DNA of 64,000 bases from Holosporaceae bacterium. GTDB taxonomy: Bacteria; Pseudomonadota; Alphaproteobacteria; UBA3830. A program made the position numbers and the translations under genes. Positions 48,650 through 58,597 of the stretch are shown here, piece by piece (position 1 is the stretch's first letter; each line of letters starts with the position of its first letter). The stretch is from contig JAITBT010000026.1 of assembly GCA_031283445.1 (NCBI GenBank), forward strand, positions 7,634 to 71,633, read 5' to 3'. The notes beneath the pieces were generated by a model. It did not search any database and had not been told where the DNA came from. It saw nothing but the letters and a program-made list of their open reading frames with translations.

Positions 48650-50192
48650 CGTCGCCGGAAAGCAGATATTGGATGGAGTCGATCTGCAAATCAGCGGTCG
48701 ACAGCGTGTCGGCCTTGTTGGTCGTAACGGTAGCGGCAAATCTACTCTATTTAAGATTATTCTAAAAGAATTAGATCCGGACGAAGGAAAAATTCAGCTG
48801 GAAAACGGCAAACTCATCCTAGCTGTGAGGCAGGAAATGCCGGACGGTGAGATGACTCCGCGCGAATTTCTGCTATCTCAGGATCAGCGCCGGGAAGAAT
48901 TACTGCAACAACTGGAAAAGAATGCCGGTAGTCCAGAGTTATTGGCTGAAATTTACGATCAACTCATTAATATCAATGCATTTGATGCAGAATCGCGAGC
49001 CGCTGTTGTACTCAAGGGACTCGGATTTAGCGAGGAAGCTCAAAACACTCCTCTCCTTCACTTTTCTGGAGGATTTCGCATGCGCATAGCCCTCGGTGCG
49101 ATTTTATTCCAGGAACCGGATTTACTTTTGCTGGATGAACCGACTAATCATCTTGATCTGGAGACTTCTGATTGGCTAAAGGACTTTCTTAACACCTATC
49201 CGAAGAGTTTTATTTTAATATCCCACGATAGAGATTTTTTAAATGACACTGCAGATGCAATTCTTCATCTGAAAAATAAAAAAATCACTAGATATAACGG
49301 GAATTTTGATGCATTCATCGACACCTATTCGCTTAAGCAGAAAAACGCCGAGGAGTACAATGCAAAAATGGAAGTAAAACGCAGGCATATGATTGAGTTT
49401 GTGGAACGATTTGGAGCGAAGGCCACAAAAGCTCGACAGGCACAGAGCCGATTGAAAGCAATTTCTAAAATGAAGTTTCTTCCAGTTGACCAAGATGATC
49501 AAACAATTGCATTTAATTTTCCGGAACCAAACCCAGTACTTTCTTCCAACATATTATCCTACGAAAAAGTATTGCTCAGCTATGGAAATAAGATCGTTTT
49601 GAAAAATATCTCCGGAACCATTATGGCGGATAATCGCGTTGCCATTGTCGGAGCAAACGGAAATGGAAAAACAACTTTCGCAAAATTTCTCGCCGGAGAG
49701 CTGTGTCAAAAAAGTGGAACGCGCGAAGCCCACAATAGGCTGAAAATCGGCTTTTACAAACAGGATATTTTTGAAAAACTAGATGTAACGAAATCTCTCT
49801 ACGATTTTTTGAAAGAAATGATGCCACACTCCATCGACAAACAAATTCGCTCGCACCTCGGAAGATTCGGCTTTTCCGGAGACAAAGTCTTCCAGCTGAT
49901 CAAGGAGCTTTCCGGAGGAGAACGCGCTCGTCTGGTCTTCGCCATGCTCACTCTGGATGCTCCGAATTTGTTAATACTGGACGAGCCAACTAACCACTTG
50001 GATATTGAAATGCGGGAATCACTTATCTCAACACTAATTTCCTACAGCGGCGCAGTGATTCTCATAACTCACGATCGTAATTTTTTGAATAGAGTTGCGA
50101 ATTCAATTTTCATTATCGCAAATGGTTCCGTCAAACAATTTAACGGAGATGTAGATCAATATGAAAAAGTAATACAACTGGAAAGACGGTAA
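48621..50192 (+). CDS. ABC-F family ATPase (translation-associated, no TM domains)
   Basis: Two ABC cassettes are present: GRNGSGKST / FSGGFRMRIAL / LLLLDEPTNHLD and GANGNGKTT / LSGGERARLVFA / LLILDEPTNHLD. An interdomain linker joins them. Confidence 0.9.
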   Translation: MLTLQNINFSVAGKQILDGVDLQISGRQRVGLVGRNGSGKSTLFKIILKELDPDEGKIQLENGKLILAVRQEMPDGEMTPREFLLSQDQRREELLQQLEKNAGSPELLAEIYDQLININAFDAESRAAVVLKGLGFSEEAQNTPLLHFSGGFRMRIALGAILFQEPDLLLLDEPTNHLDLETSDWLKDFLNTYPKSFILISHDRDFLNDTADAILHLKNKKITRYNGNFDAFIDTYSLKQKNAEEYNAKMEVKRRHMIEFVERFGAKATKARQAQSRLKAISKMKFLPVDQDDQTIAFNFPEPNPVLSSNILSYEKVLLSYGNKIVLKNISGTIMADNRVAIVGANGNGKTTFAKFLAGELCQKSGTREAHNRLKIGFYKQDIFEKLDVTKSLYDFLKEMMPHSIDKQIRSHLGRFGFSGDKVFQLIKELSGGERARLVFAMLTLDAPNLLILDEPTNHLDIEMRESLISTLISYSGAVILITHDRNFLNRVANSIFIIANGSVKQFNGDVDQYEKVIQLERR

Positions 50193-50351
50193 GTTAAATG
50201 GGAAGTAAAAAAATCATTGATTGCTTTCCCAAAAATATTTTTAGGCGATTATTTACCATAGTATAGAAATACCTATGTATTCTTTTGAAACAATCCTAGT
50301 ATTATTAGTGCTAAATTAATATCTTCAATAGTATTTTTAGACGAGGTTTTT

Positions 50352-51146
50352 ATGTCATCCAAGTGCAAAGTATACTCAAAACAGGATTTTGTTGGTCTTC
50401 GCAATGCCGGGAAACTAGCTGCTTATATTTTAGATTATATCACCCCCTACATTCAAAAAGGCATTACAACTCTGGAGTTGGATCGTTTATGTCAAGAGGA
50501 GATTCTTAAGCACAATGCTATTCCCGCACAACTGGGTTATAACGGATATCCAAAATCTATTTGTACTTCATTAAATCATGTGGTCTGCCATGGAATTCCA
50601 TCGGAAAGAAAACTAAACAACGGCGATATCTTAAATATTGATCTTACCATTATTTTGGATGGGTGGTATAGCGATACAAGCAGAATGTATGTGGTGGGAA
50701 AGGTGCCGGAAAAAGTACATGAATTGATTGATGTGACTTACGAGGCAATGATGCTAGGCATAAGCCTCGCACGGCCTGGAGTCTATCTCGGAGACATTGG
50801 TCATGCCATAGAAACCTACGTTACATCTAGGAAATTTTCCGTTGTTAGAGACTATTGCGGCCACGGAATAGGTAGGGTGTTCCATGATGAGCCGGCAGTT
50901 TTGCATTTCGGCAAGCCCAAAACCGGGCTGCTACTGGAACCCGGACATGTATTCACCATCGAGCCAATGATAAACATCGGAGACTATAGAACAAAACTTC
51001 TTTCGGACGGCTGGACCGTTATAACTGTCGATCGTTCTTTATCGGCTCAGTTTGAGCATACAATTGGGATTACAGAGGATGGTTGCGAAATCTTTACTCT
51101 CTCTTCCAATGGATTAAGCAAACCTTTCCATGAAATCGCCAAATGA
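50352..51146 (+). CDS. map: Type I methionine aminopeptidase
   Basis: VCHGIP, GDILNIDLT, GWYSDTSRMY, CGHGIG, FTIEPM and FEHT metal-site contexts. Confidence 0.92.
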   Translation: MSSKCKVYSKQDFVGLRNAGKLAAYILDYITPYIQKGITTLELDRLCQEEILKHNAIPAQLGYNGYPKSICTSLNHVVCHGIPSERKLNNGDILNIDLTIILDGWYSDTSRMYVVGKVPEKVHELIDVTYEAMMLGISLARPGVYLGDIGHAIETYVTSRKFSVVRDYCGHGIGRVFHDEPAVLHFGKPKTGLLLEPGHVFTIEPMINIGDYRTKLLSDGWTVITVDRSLSAQFEHTIGITEDGCEIFTLSSNGLSKPFHEIAK

Positions 51147-51819
51147 AAAACCGCACTATCTAGGGCATCGACAGCGGTTGCTGGAAAGATTTACTTCTCA
51201 TCCGGAGTACATGTCCGACTATGAACTCATAGAAATGTTGCTTTTTTATGTATTTCGGCGACGAGATACGAAACCATTAGCAAAAACTCTCTTGCGTTGT
51301 TTCAAATCCGTACGTGGAATAATTTTAGCCGACCTTGCGGACCTAAGAAAAATCGATGGTTGCGGAAAATCTAGCATTGGTTTGATAACACTAATGCGTG
51401 AGATTTTTAGCCGCACGCTTTGGGAAAAAATTATCGAATCTAAAACAATAATGTCCATTTCACAAATTATAGAATATTACAGAAACGTTTTGGGGCATTT
51501 AAAAAAAGAACAATTTCGCATCATGTTTCTTAATAATAAAAATAAGCTGATTTCTGAAGATTTGATGCAGGAAGGAACCATAAACAATACAGCTATATAT
51601 CCCCGAGAAATAATTCAAAAAGCGCTGGAATACGGCGCAGGCGCGATTATTATGATACACAACCATCCCAGCGGAGATCCTAAACCATCTCGTCAGGATA
51701 TAATCATGACCAAAATAGTGCAGGAGATTGGGCAAAAACTAGATATAATTCTGCTGGACCATGTAATAATTGGGAAAAATGGAACGATATCATTTAAAGA
51801 ATTAGGAATAATATTATAA
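51130..51819 (+). CDS. radC: RadC-family JAB-domain protein
   Basis: GHRQRLLERF at the N-terminus and the JAMM-like motif HNHPSGDPKPSRQD. Confidence 0.85.
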   Translation: MKSPNEKPHYLGHRQRLLERFTSHPEYMSDYELIEMLLFYVFRRRDTKPLAKTLLRCFKSVRGIILADLADLRKIDGCGKSSIGLITLMREIFSRTLWEKIIESKTIMSISQIIEYYRNVLGHLKKEQFRIMFLNNKNKLISEDLMQEGTINNTAIYPREIIQKALEYGAGAIIMIHNHPSGDPKPSRQDIIMTKIVQEIGQKLDIILLDHVIIGKNGTISFKELGIIL

Positions 51820-51846
51820 GCGTCTAGAACAAATGGACACGGGCGG

Positions 51847-52854
<1,008 letters not shown>

Positions 52855-52954
52855 CTATCCTAAAAGTGTTCAAAAGCTATCACAATAAATTATCATACGG
52901 CAACAACATCATTGGCCATCCATTTGTTCTAATTTTTAGATGGAAATCCACGAA

Positions 52955-53443
52955 TTAATATTCAGTGATCCCTTCTATGTAAAATGGGCTCAGTCCTAGC
53001 TCTAAACGCTTTTTATTTGCAAAAATTGCAATGTAATTAAAAGAATAGATCTTGTTTTTTAAAAGAAACTGAAACGTGTTTATGCGTTTTATTTTTATAT
53101 CTATGGATGTAAGCCAATTTATTATTTCTTCTTTGCTACTCCAATTGTTTTGTTTGCTGAGTCTGTCTCTATTTACGGAATATCTTTTGGATAAGACATT
53201 ATTTTCAATCATTTCTGAACTTTTCACATTCCTAATGGAGTCGCGAGAAACGATGTCGGGAACAAACTTTAGTTTGTGTAATTTTATTTTTTTTCTTTTC
53301 AGAGGGTGATAAGTCTTCGCGTGATTATACGATTTATACATTAATAATTTGATTTTTTGTGATGAATGATTTTTGCCATTGTGCATTTTACACAATTGTT
53401 TTTTGTCTTGCAAAACTAATACATTGTTTTTCAAAGATTTCAT
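52955..53443 (-). CDS. Hypothetical basic protein
   Basis: 162-aa ORF that is Lys/Asn-rich, with no motif I recognise. It is transcribed divergently from the CI-like repressor gene. Coding status is supported only by ORF length and arrangement. Confidence 0.45.
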   Translation of the reverse strand: MKSLKNNVLVLQDKKQLCKMHNGKNHSSQKIKLLMYKSYNHAKTYHPLKRKKIKLHKLKFVPDIVSRDSIRNVKSSEMIENNVLSKRYSVNRDRLSKQNNWSSKEEIINWLTSIDIKIKRINTFQFLLKNKIYSFNYIAIFANKKRLELGLSPFYIEGITEY

Positions 53444-53726
53444 GCTTAAACCGTTGTTTCAGTATTTCAATACTTAATTTACAAAAACAACAAAAACTCA
53501 TGCTTTTTCAATACATAACACCTCATTAGTATGCTCAAAAAAAATAATATTATCAATATGCGTTTTATTGTTTCGGGAGGGGAAGGAAATATTTGGTTAA
53601 TTTTCAATAGAATAATTCAATAAAATATTTTATACATTAACAGTTTTTTTTTTATGCATAATATGTATGGACTTTCTTTTTGTCGCTTGGTATATATTAA
53701 AAATAATCTAAGTAGAAGAGGTTGAT

Positions 53727-54512
53727 ATGGCAAGACAAAGTTTGAGTCCAATGAAAGAGACTGATTTTAATGATGTAAATCAGTTTGACATAACTTTAGG
53801 TGAGAAAGCGAACCGAAAAAGAAAAGATGCTCCGATGACGCACCTGAAGTATCTTCGGAAAAGAAGCGGATATACTTTAGAAACGTTATCGGAAATTACA
53901 AGTATTTCGATTTCGTATCTCTCTCGACTGGAATCTGGTTCGCGTAGGCTAAACACCGATCTCATCAAAAGACTATCTCATGCTTTTAGATGCGATCCAG
54001 CAGAGCTTTTGCAGGAAGTTTCTCACGAAAATCGACTTGTTACTCAGGTTGAGTTCAACAGAAATAGGCGAACAGAGCCGGTTTATCGAGAAAATTGCAT
54101 GCCTGTGTATTGTGTTGCTCCGGACAACGAAGATGAAAAAAAAATGGTAATCAAGATATGTTCGCCTGCAGAGTGGAAACAACGGCCAACAGAGTTGACG
54201 ACCAAAAACGAGTTGCTGGCCCTCAAAGCAGGCGTGTACTTCATCCCGCACTTCAGTAGTTCTTCTACGTTATATGTTGAACCATCAAGTAATTTGGTAC
54301 CAGAATCCATTGTGGTTGTCCTTAACAAAGGAGCGATTTTAATAAAAAAGGTCTGGAGCGTAACACCAACATCGCTGCAGCTATGCGACATTACGGATAT
54401 GGAGCTGCTGAAAATAGGAAAATTATCCACTGATAAACTGATCGAGATAGACCGTAATAGCGTCGAAATGGTTTATAAAGTTGTGGGATACTCGGACTTC
54501 GAACTGATCTAA
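53727..54512 (+). CDS. Phage CI/LexA-like repressor (XRE HTH plus S24-like C-terminal domain)
   Basis: RBS AGAAGAGG. The HTH is LKYLRKRSGYTLETLSEITSISISYLSRLESGSRRLNTDLIKRLSHAFRCDPAELL. The C-terminal beta-rich region (..LKAGVYFIPHFSSSSTLYVEPSSNLVPESIVVVLNKGAILIKKVW..) resembles the S24 fold, but the GDSM Ser motif is not canonical. Confidence 0.7.
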   Translation: MARQSLSPMKETDFNDVNQFDITLGEKANRKRKDAPMTHLKYLRKRSGYTLETLSEITSISISYLSRLESGSRRLNTDLIKRLSHAFRCDPAELLQEVSHENRLVTQVEFNRNRRTEPVYRENCMPVYCVAPDNEDEKKMVIKICSPAEWKQRPTELTTKNELLALKAGVYFIPHFSSSSTLYVEPSSNLVPESIVVVLNKGAILIKKVWSVTPTSLQLCDITDMELLKIGKLSTDKLIEIDRNSVEMVYKVVGYSDFELI

Positions 54513-54609
54513 ACCAGCAGAGCATAGCGGGAAAATCTCAGGTTTGCTGGTAAACAGTGAGTGGGAAACCGAGGCGAGAGATTCGCACATCTGCGGGCGG
54601 CAGTAAAAA

Positions 54610-55452
54610 TCACGAGCACCCTGTGCCTGAAGAACAAGGTTTGGTGCCACGGAAATATCTTTCTGATTTTATTGTGAATTGCTTGGTAGTAGGTATGATT
54701 TTATCCGAGTGGGTACCTACTATATCGTCGCGCGGTTGTGCTCCGTATGATTTGACTACATATCCGGCCGATGGTCCCGTCCTGGACTGGAAATCCGGAT
54801 GACTTTTCCCATAAAATTTTACTTTATAAGTGTTGTTCAAGAATTTATTGGTTACAGAGGGAAATGGCATAGGAGTTTTAATGGTATACACTCGATTTAA
54901 CAGATCTGACATACCTTTTAAAGGATATCTTTTTGACTTTACACGGCGTTTATTACGAGTCGATAAAGAACGAGATTTTTGAGAGGAAGCAGAACGACCG
55001 CTGTCGGATGAATCAACTTCCGATGTCGGATGTTTATTTTTAGAAACGTCGGAACTGGAATGAGTTGGTCTTTTCGAGGCAGAAGAGGAGCGTCCCTTAG
55101 CCTTTTCTTTGGAACGACGCGCATCTTCTTGATTAGTTGAACGGTCATTCTCTGTGTCAGACTCTTCTTCAGAATCAAATTCATCTTCGGAGTCAGATTC
55201 ATCTTCTTGATGCAGAGCCTTTTTCTTATTTCGTTTTTTCTTTAATTTTTGTATATATAGATTTCTTTTAGCCGGGTCGAAATGTTTATTTATTTTCAAG
55301 GACGCATCAACTATGGAGTGTATCTTAGAGTTATTTAAAGGTTCGCTGGCGTTATGATCTTCATCCTCAATAGCAAAAACAAAATTCTGCAAGTCGCAGA
55401 TAATAATTCCCAAAAACAAGAATCTTCTGAAATAAAATAAAAACCTACGCAT
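54610..55452 (-). CDS. Hypothetical secreted protein with acidic Ser/Asp/Glu tract and basic clusters
   Basis: N-terminal hydrophobic leader (FLFLGIIICDLQNFVFA). It contains KKKRNKKK, the acidic run EDESDSEDEFDSEEESDTEND, a Ser-rich basic region and RNKRRVKSKR. I recognised no family. Confidence 0.5.
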   Translation of the reverse strand: MRRFLFYFRRFLFLGIIICDLQNFVFAIEDEDHNASEPLNNSKIHSIVDASLKINKHFDPAKRNLYIQKLKKKRNKKKALHQEDESDSEDEFDSEEESDTENDRSTNQEDARRSKEKAKGRSSSASKRPTHSSSDVSKNKHPTSEVDSSDSGRSASSQKSRSLSTRNKRRVKSKRYPLKGMSDLLNRVYTIKTPMPFPSVTNKFLNNTYKVKFYGKSHPDFQSRTGPSAGYVVKSYGAQPRDDIVGTHSDKIIPTTKQFTIKSERYFRGTKPCSSGTGCS

Positions 55453-56155
55453 ATGACAATTATCTCAGAAAGAGGTTGCCTTTCGATTAATTTTAGCAAT
55501 TTATGAATTTATCTTTTATTGCTAAAACCTAAAACTATATTAAAGTACATTTCAAAAGCAGTTTTATTGGTTGTTATTGCTTTGCGTGGGAAAAACGGTA
55601 TCCACTTACTTAACCTCTCGCGCAATACTAGACGAAGCAGGTTGTTGATGTATAAGTACATAGATCGGCACTTTAATGACGTAGCTAGAGTTCCTCGGTT
55701 AATACGGCTAGAAGACATCAATACAGGGTTGGAATCGCTTCCCTGTGGTCTTGATGAATAACAAGTGTTCAATGTGATGGGTACGAGATGCTGTGCTATA
55801 CGAACACGAAAACACGATACTACTTAATAACAAAAATATAATTCTCTTCAACTTTATTTATTTTTCTACTGAAAGAATAATTACATGCGCTTTATTTCTT
55901 AAAAATTTCTATCAAAAATGTTTTTAATCTGAAGAGAATGCTCTTTTTTAAACCTCAAATTTTTTGGAATCAGGAATATATATCACTGTTCTCACAACAT
56001 AAGCTCTAATAATTCCTCTGTCTACACCTCCCTGCTAAAAAATTATTTCATCCAACCGAAATCTCATTTTTTTCAGGAAGATGGGTTGTGCAACCCATCA
56101 CTACAAGCAGAAATACTATTCTTTTCATTGTCTTTTTCATATTCTTAATGTATTG

Positions 56156-56620
56156 CTAATAGTCTTGTCCCTTTTTTTTAATCTCAGAAGTAGTTTTCGC
56201 GTTTATACAAAGCATTTTTTGCTGCACGACATACCGCCGAAATAATGGACGTTCCATAATGTGATCATCAATCAGATTTTGCATGATTTTAGATTCTTGA
56301 AGATTCTTTTTCGCTCCATTATAGGTTACTATATAAGCTTGAAGGCCGAAAGCTCCATTATTTAACTTCACAACATATTTGTTATACGGCTAAAGTAATT
56401 CCAGACTTCTCAAAAGATCTCCTGGACTCACAAAATAGGGCGATGCGCAACTATAATAAATTCCAACATCTACAAAAAATAGATCAAAATCAGCTGTAAC
56501 ATGCTTCAAAGTATTCACTAGAATCTTCTAAAAATTATTTTTAAAAGAAATATCATCTTCGAAAATTAAGACACTTTTATATTTGTTCTTGACAATTGGC
56601 CGATAGGTGGGCTATCTCAT
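56156..56620 (-). pseudogene. Glycosyltransferase family 25-like pseudogene (5'-truncated, in-frame stops)
   Basis: A single minus-strand frame reads ..KSVLIFEDDISFKNNF*KILVNTLKHVTADFDLFFVDVG...LLRSLELL*PYNKYVVKLNNGAFGLQAYIVTYNGAKKNLQE...IDDHIMERPLF... This matches the GT25 pattern (LILEDD, D.DLI.L, G..AY.I...GAKKLL). Two TAG stops interrupt the frame, and the ~85 N-terminal residues have no room before ssrA. Confidence 0.55.
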
Positions 56621-56649
56621 CTCCGTTTTCCAATATCAGAGGAAATATT

Positions 56650-56946
56650 TCCAGAGAAAAACTCTACGGGGGATTTCTGTTGCCCGGCTCCCCCAAACCG
56701 CGTCTACGCTAATTAAGCAGCGAAAGCAATTGCCTCGCTCTGCATATTATCGTTGCATGCGACAAGATTATCGTTCGCATTTATATTTTTGGTTCTATAA
56801 CGTAAACCATTCCGGATGAAAATCATGCCTTTCAACGTGCGTCGAATCTATTCATCCCCAGAATCTGGTGGAGATGCCGGGCTCCGCCCCCGGGTCCGCA
56901 GCGCCTATTATTCATAATGTTTATCACCATAGTTACCAAAGTAACA
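56650..56946 (-). ncRNA. ssrA: tmRNA (ssrA), circularly permuted two-piece form typical of Alphaproteobacteria
   Basis: On the minus strand the acceptor piece ends ..GGAC CCGGG GGCGGAG CCCGG CATCTCC ACCA (3' end at 56866). After 6 nt the coding piece starts GGGGATGAATAGATTCGACG (5' G at 56859). GGGGATG pairs with CATCTCC, including the G3:U70 Ala identity pair. The tag ORF at 56778-56716 encodes ANDNLVACNDNMQSEAIAFAA followed by TAA. A TATAAT box lies at 56958-56953. The outer ends are approximate. Confidence 0.8.
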
Positions 56947-57472
56947 AGGTCATTATATACCAGAAAATGTTTTTAAATACCATAAAATCCCGTAACAAAA
57001 ACTCTCGAAAGCAGAGTTTTTCTGAAATTGTCGCCATAGGAATAGCCATGGACGCAAAAGCTAATTGATTCTTAGTAGTTGACGGAGCCGATCATGGTTT
57101 TTGTGACATTTTATAGAAAAATTCCGAAGCAATGTATTTATAAAATGAGATAAGGCGAAAATAAACATTTTGATAATAAACAAAATCACAGCCAAGAAGG
57201 CTGGCAGCTAAAATTCAGCAGCCAAAAAAGCGTTGGCAGGAAAAGGGCACCGATAATGCTTGGTTAGGCGCCGACGATGTCGATAGCACACCGCCACTAA
57301 AGCATGACCCTGCACCACCGTCGGTCCGGCCAAGTTGTTTTGGTTCTGATGTGTCATCAAACCCAGATCATACAGCAGTTGCCGACCGAACCTTATCCTG
57401 CTTTAAGTCAGATTACATAATTTTGTCGTACTGCTATTTTTTCCTCCAACTTTCGCCTGTTTCGTGTTTTGT

Positions 57473-58261
57473 TTAGATATCGCTCAGCATAGCACGCCCA
57501 AGCTCTGCTAGCCGTCTGTCGGTCATTCCGATCGGACTGTTGTTTTCTTCTTCGCGTTCACCCGCCAGTCTCTGCATAGCGTTTAGCAGTACCAGTGTAA
57601 TCGCCGCTCGCGCTTCCGGATATGTCACTCTTAGTCCGTGGAACTCTAGGTTTCGGAGGGCGTTTAGACATGCTTGTTGTGGATTATTTCCGTTCGCGAG
57701 TTTCTCAGCTCGCTGCCAAGCTTGTACTACTGCCAGCACATTCGCCGTTTGCTCTGTTGGTTCCCATTCGAGGAGCTTTCGGAGTTCGAGCACAGCCAGA
57801 TTCTTTTTAGGCGTCACATTTCCGTACACGGGTTCACCCGCTATACTCCGCCAAGTTCGTTCCCGTTCCTGCTCTAAATCCGTTTGTGCATTCAAGCTCG
57901 TGTTCAATTTTTCAGCGTTCCATAAATCCGTTTGTGCATTCAAGCACGCGTTCGATGCTTCAGCGAATACCTTTATTCCCGAGCGGGACAAGTTATGATC
58001 GACGTTTGATCCATACGCTGTGGTCACTTCCGAAACCGCTCCATTTACGTGTTTCGACCATCTGTCTGTGTCAGCGTTTGATTTATTTTGCGTCTGATTG
58101 TTCTCCTCTTTTTCCCATCCAGCACATATCCGTAGGTTGCCCCATCCAGCCACCTTACGCCATGGTATCAGTATTTCCGACATAGTAAAGTTTCCTGGTA
58201 TATTCCTTGCATAACAATTAGTAGCAAAAACTATGATACTCATTAGTAGTATTTTCAACAC
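57473..58261 (-). CDS. Hypothetical secreted protein with a short tandem repeat (GC-rich orphan)
   Basis: Signal peptide MLKILLMSIIVFATNCYA. An exact 22-bp direct repeat (57876-57897 and 57924-57945) encodes LNAQTDL twice. The gene is noticeably more GC-rich than the surrounding genome. I recognised no family. Confidence 0.55.
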   Translation of the reverse strand: MLKILLMSIIVFATNCYARNIPGNFTMSEILIPWRKVAGWGNLRICAGWEKEENNQTQNKSNADTDRWSKHVNGAVSEVTTAYGSNVDHNLSRSGIKVFAEASNACLNAQTDLWNAEKLNTSLNAQTDLEQERERTWRSIAGEPVYGNVTPKKNLAVLELRKLLEWEPTEQTANVLAVVQAWQRAEKLANGNNPQQACLNALRNLEFHGLRVTYPEARAAITLVLLNAMQRLAGEREEENNSPIGMTDRRLAELGRAMLSDI

Positions 58262-58597
58262 ATTTTCTTCTCCTCACATTGATGGTATACATCATACTCG
58301 ATCTTTTCATTATTTGCTATAGGCAATGTACCGTGTTTTCAAAAATACGGCACAAAGAACATGGTGCTTTTGGCAAGAAACTCCTATTATAAGGGTATCT
58401 AATCTGTCTTTTATTAGCTAAATTGAATTCTGACTCATTCAGATAATCATAATCTGTGCCGAGCGTCCGCTTTCTCAGTTTTCCTCCTCCAGGCACACTT
58501 AAACATCTTTTATGTGTTTCCCTAGCTCCTCAGCCAACTGTTTGTAACGAGGCGCCCGCGTCAGCACCTGAACCAGTTACGCCTTAGTTCGTTATTC

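Noticed and set aside
56080-56099. Perfect hairpin GATGGGTTG-TG-CAACCCATC downstream of the GT25 pseudogene.
   Set aside because: It is not followed by a T-tract on either strand, so I do not call it a terminator. It may be a relic.
56607-57068. ORFs 56607-56819 (+) and 56868-57068 (+).
   Set aside because: They lie antisense over the tmRNA gene (tag frame, acceptor stem and T-arm on the minus strand). They have no RBS and no recognisable protein features.
57180-57476. ~99-codon open frame on the + strand in the GC-rich spacer between ssrA and the 57473 gene.
   Set aside because: It contains no ATG and no plausible alternative start near its 5' end. Open frames of this length are expected by chance in GC-rich DNA. 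It might be a gene remnant, but I cannot support that.
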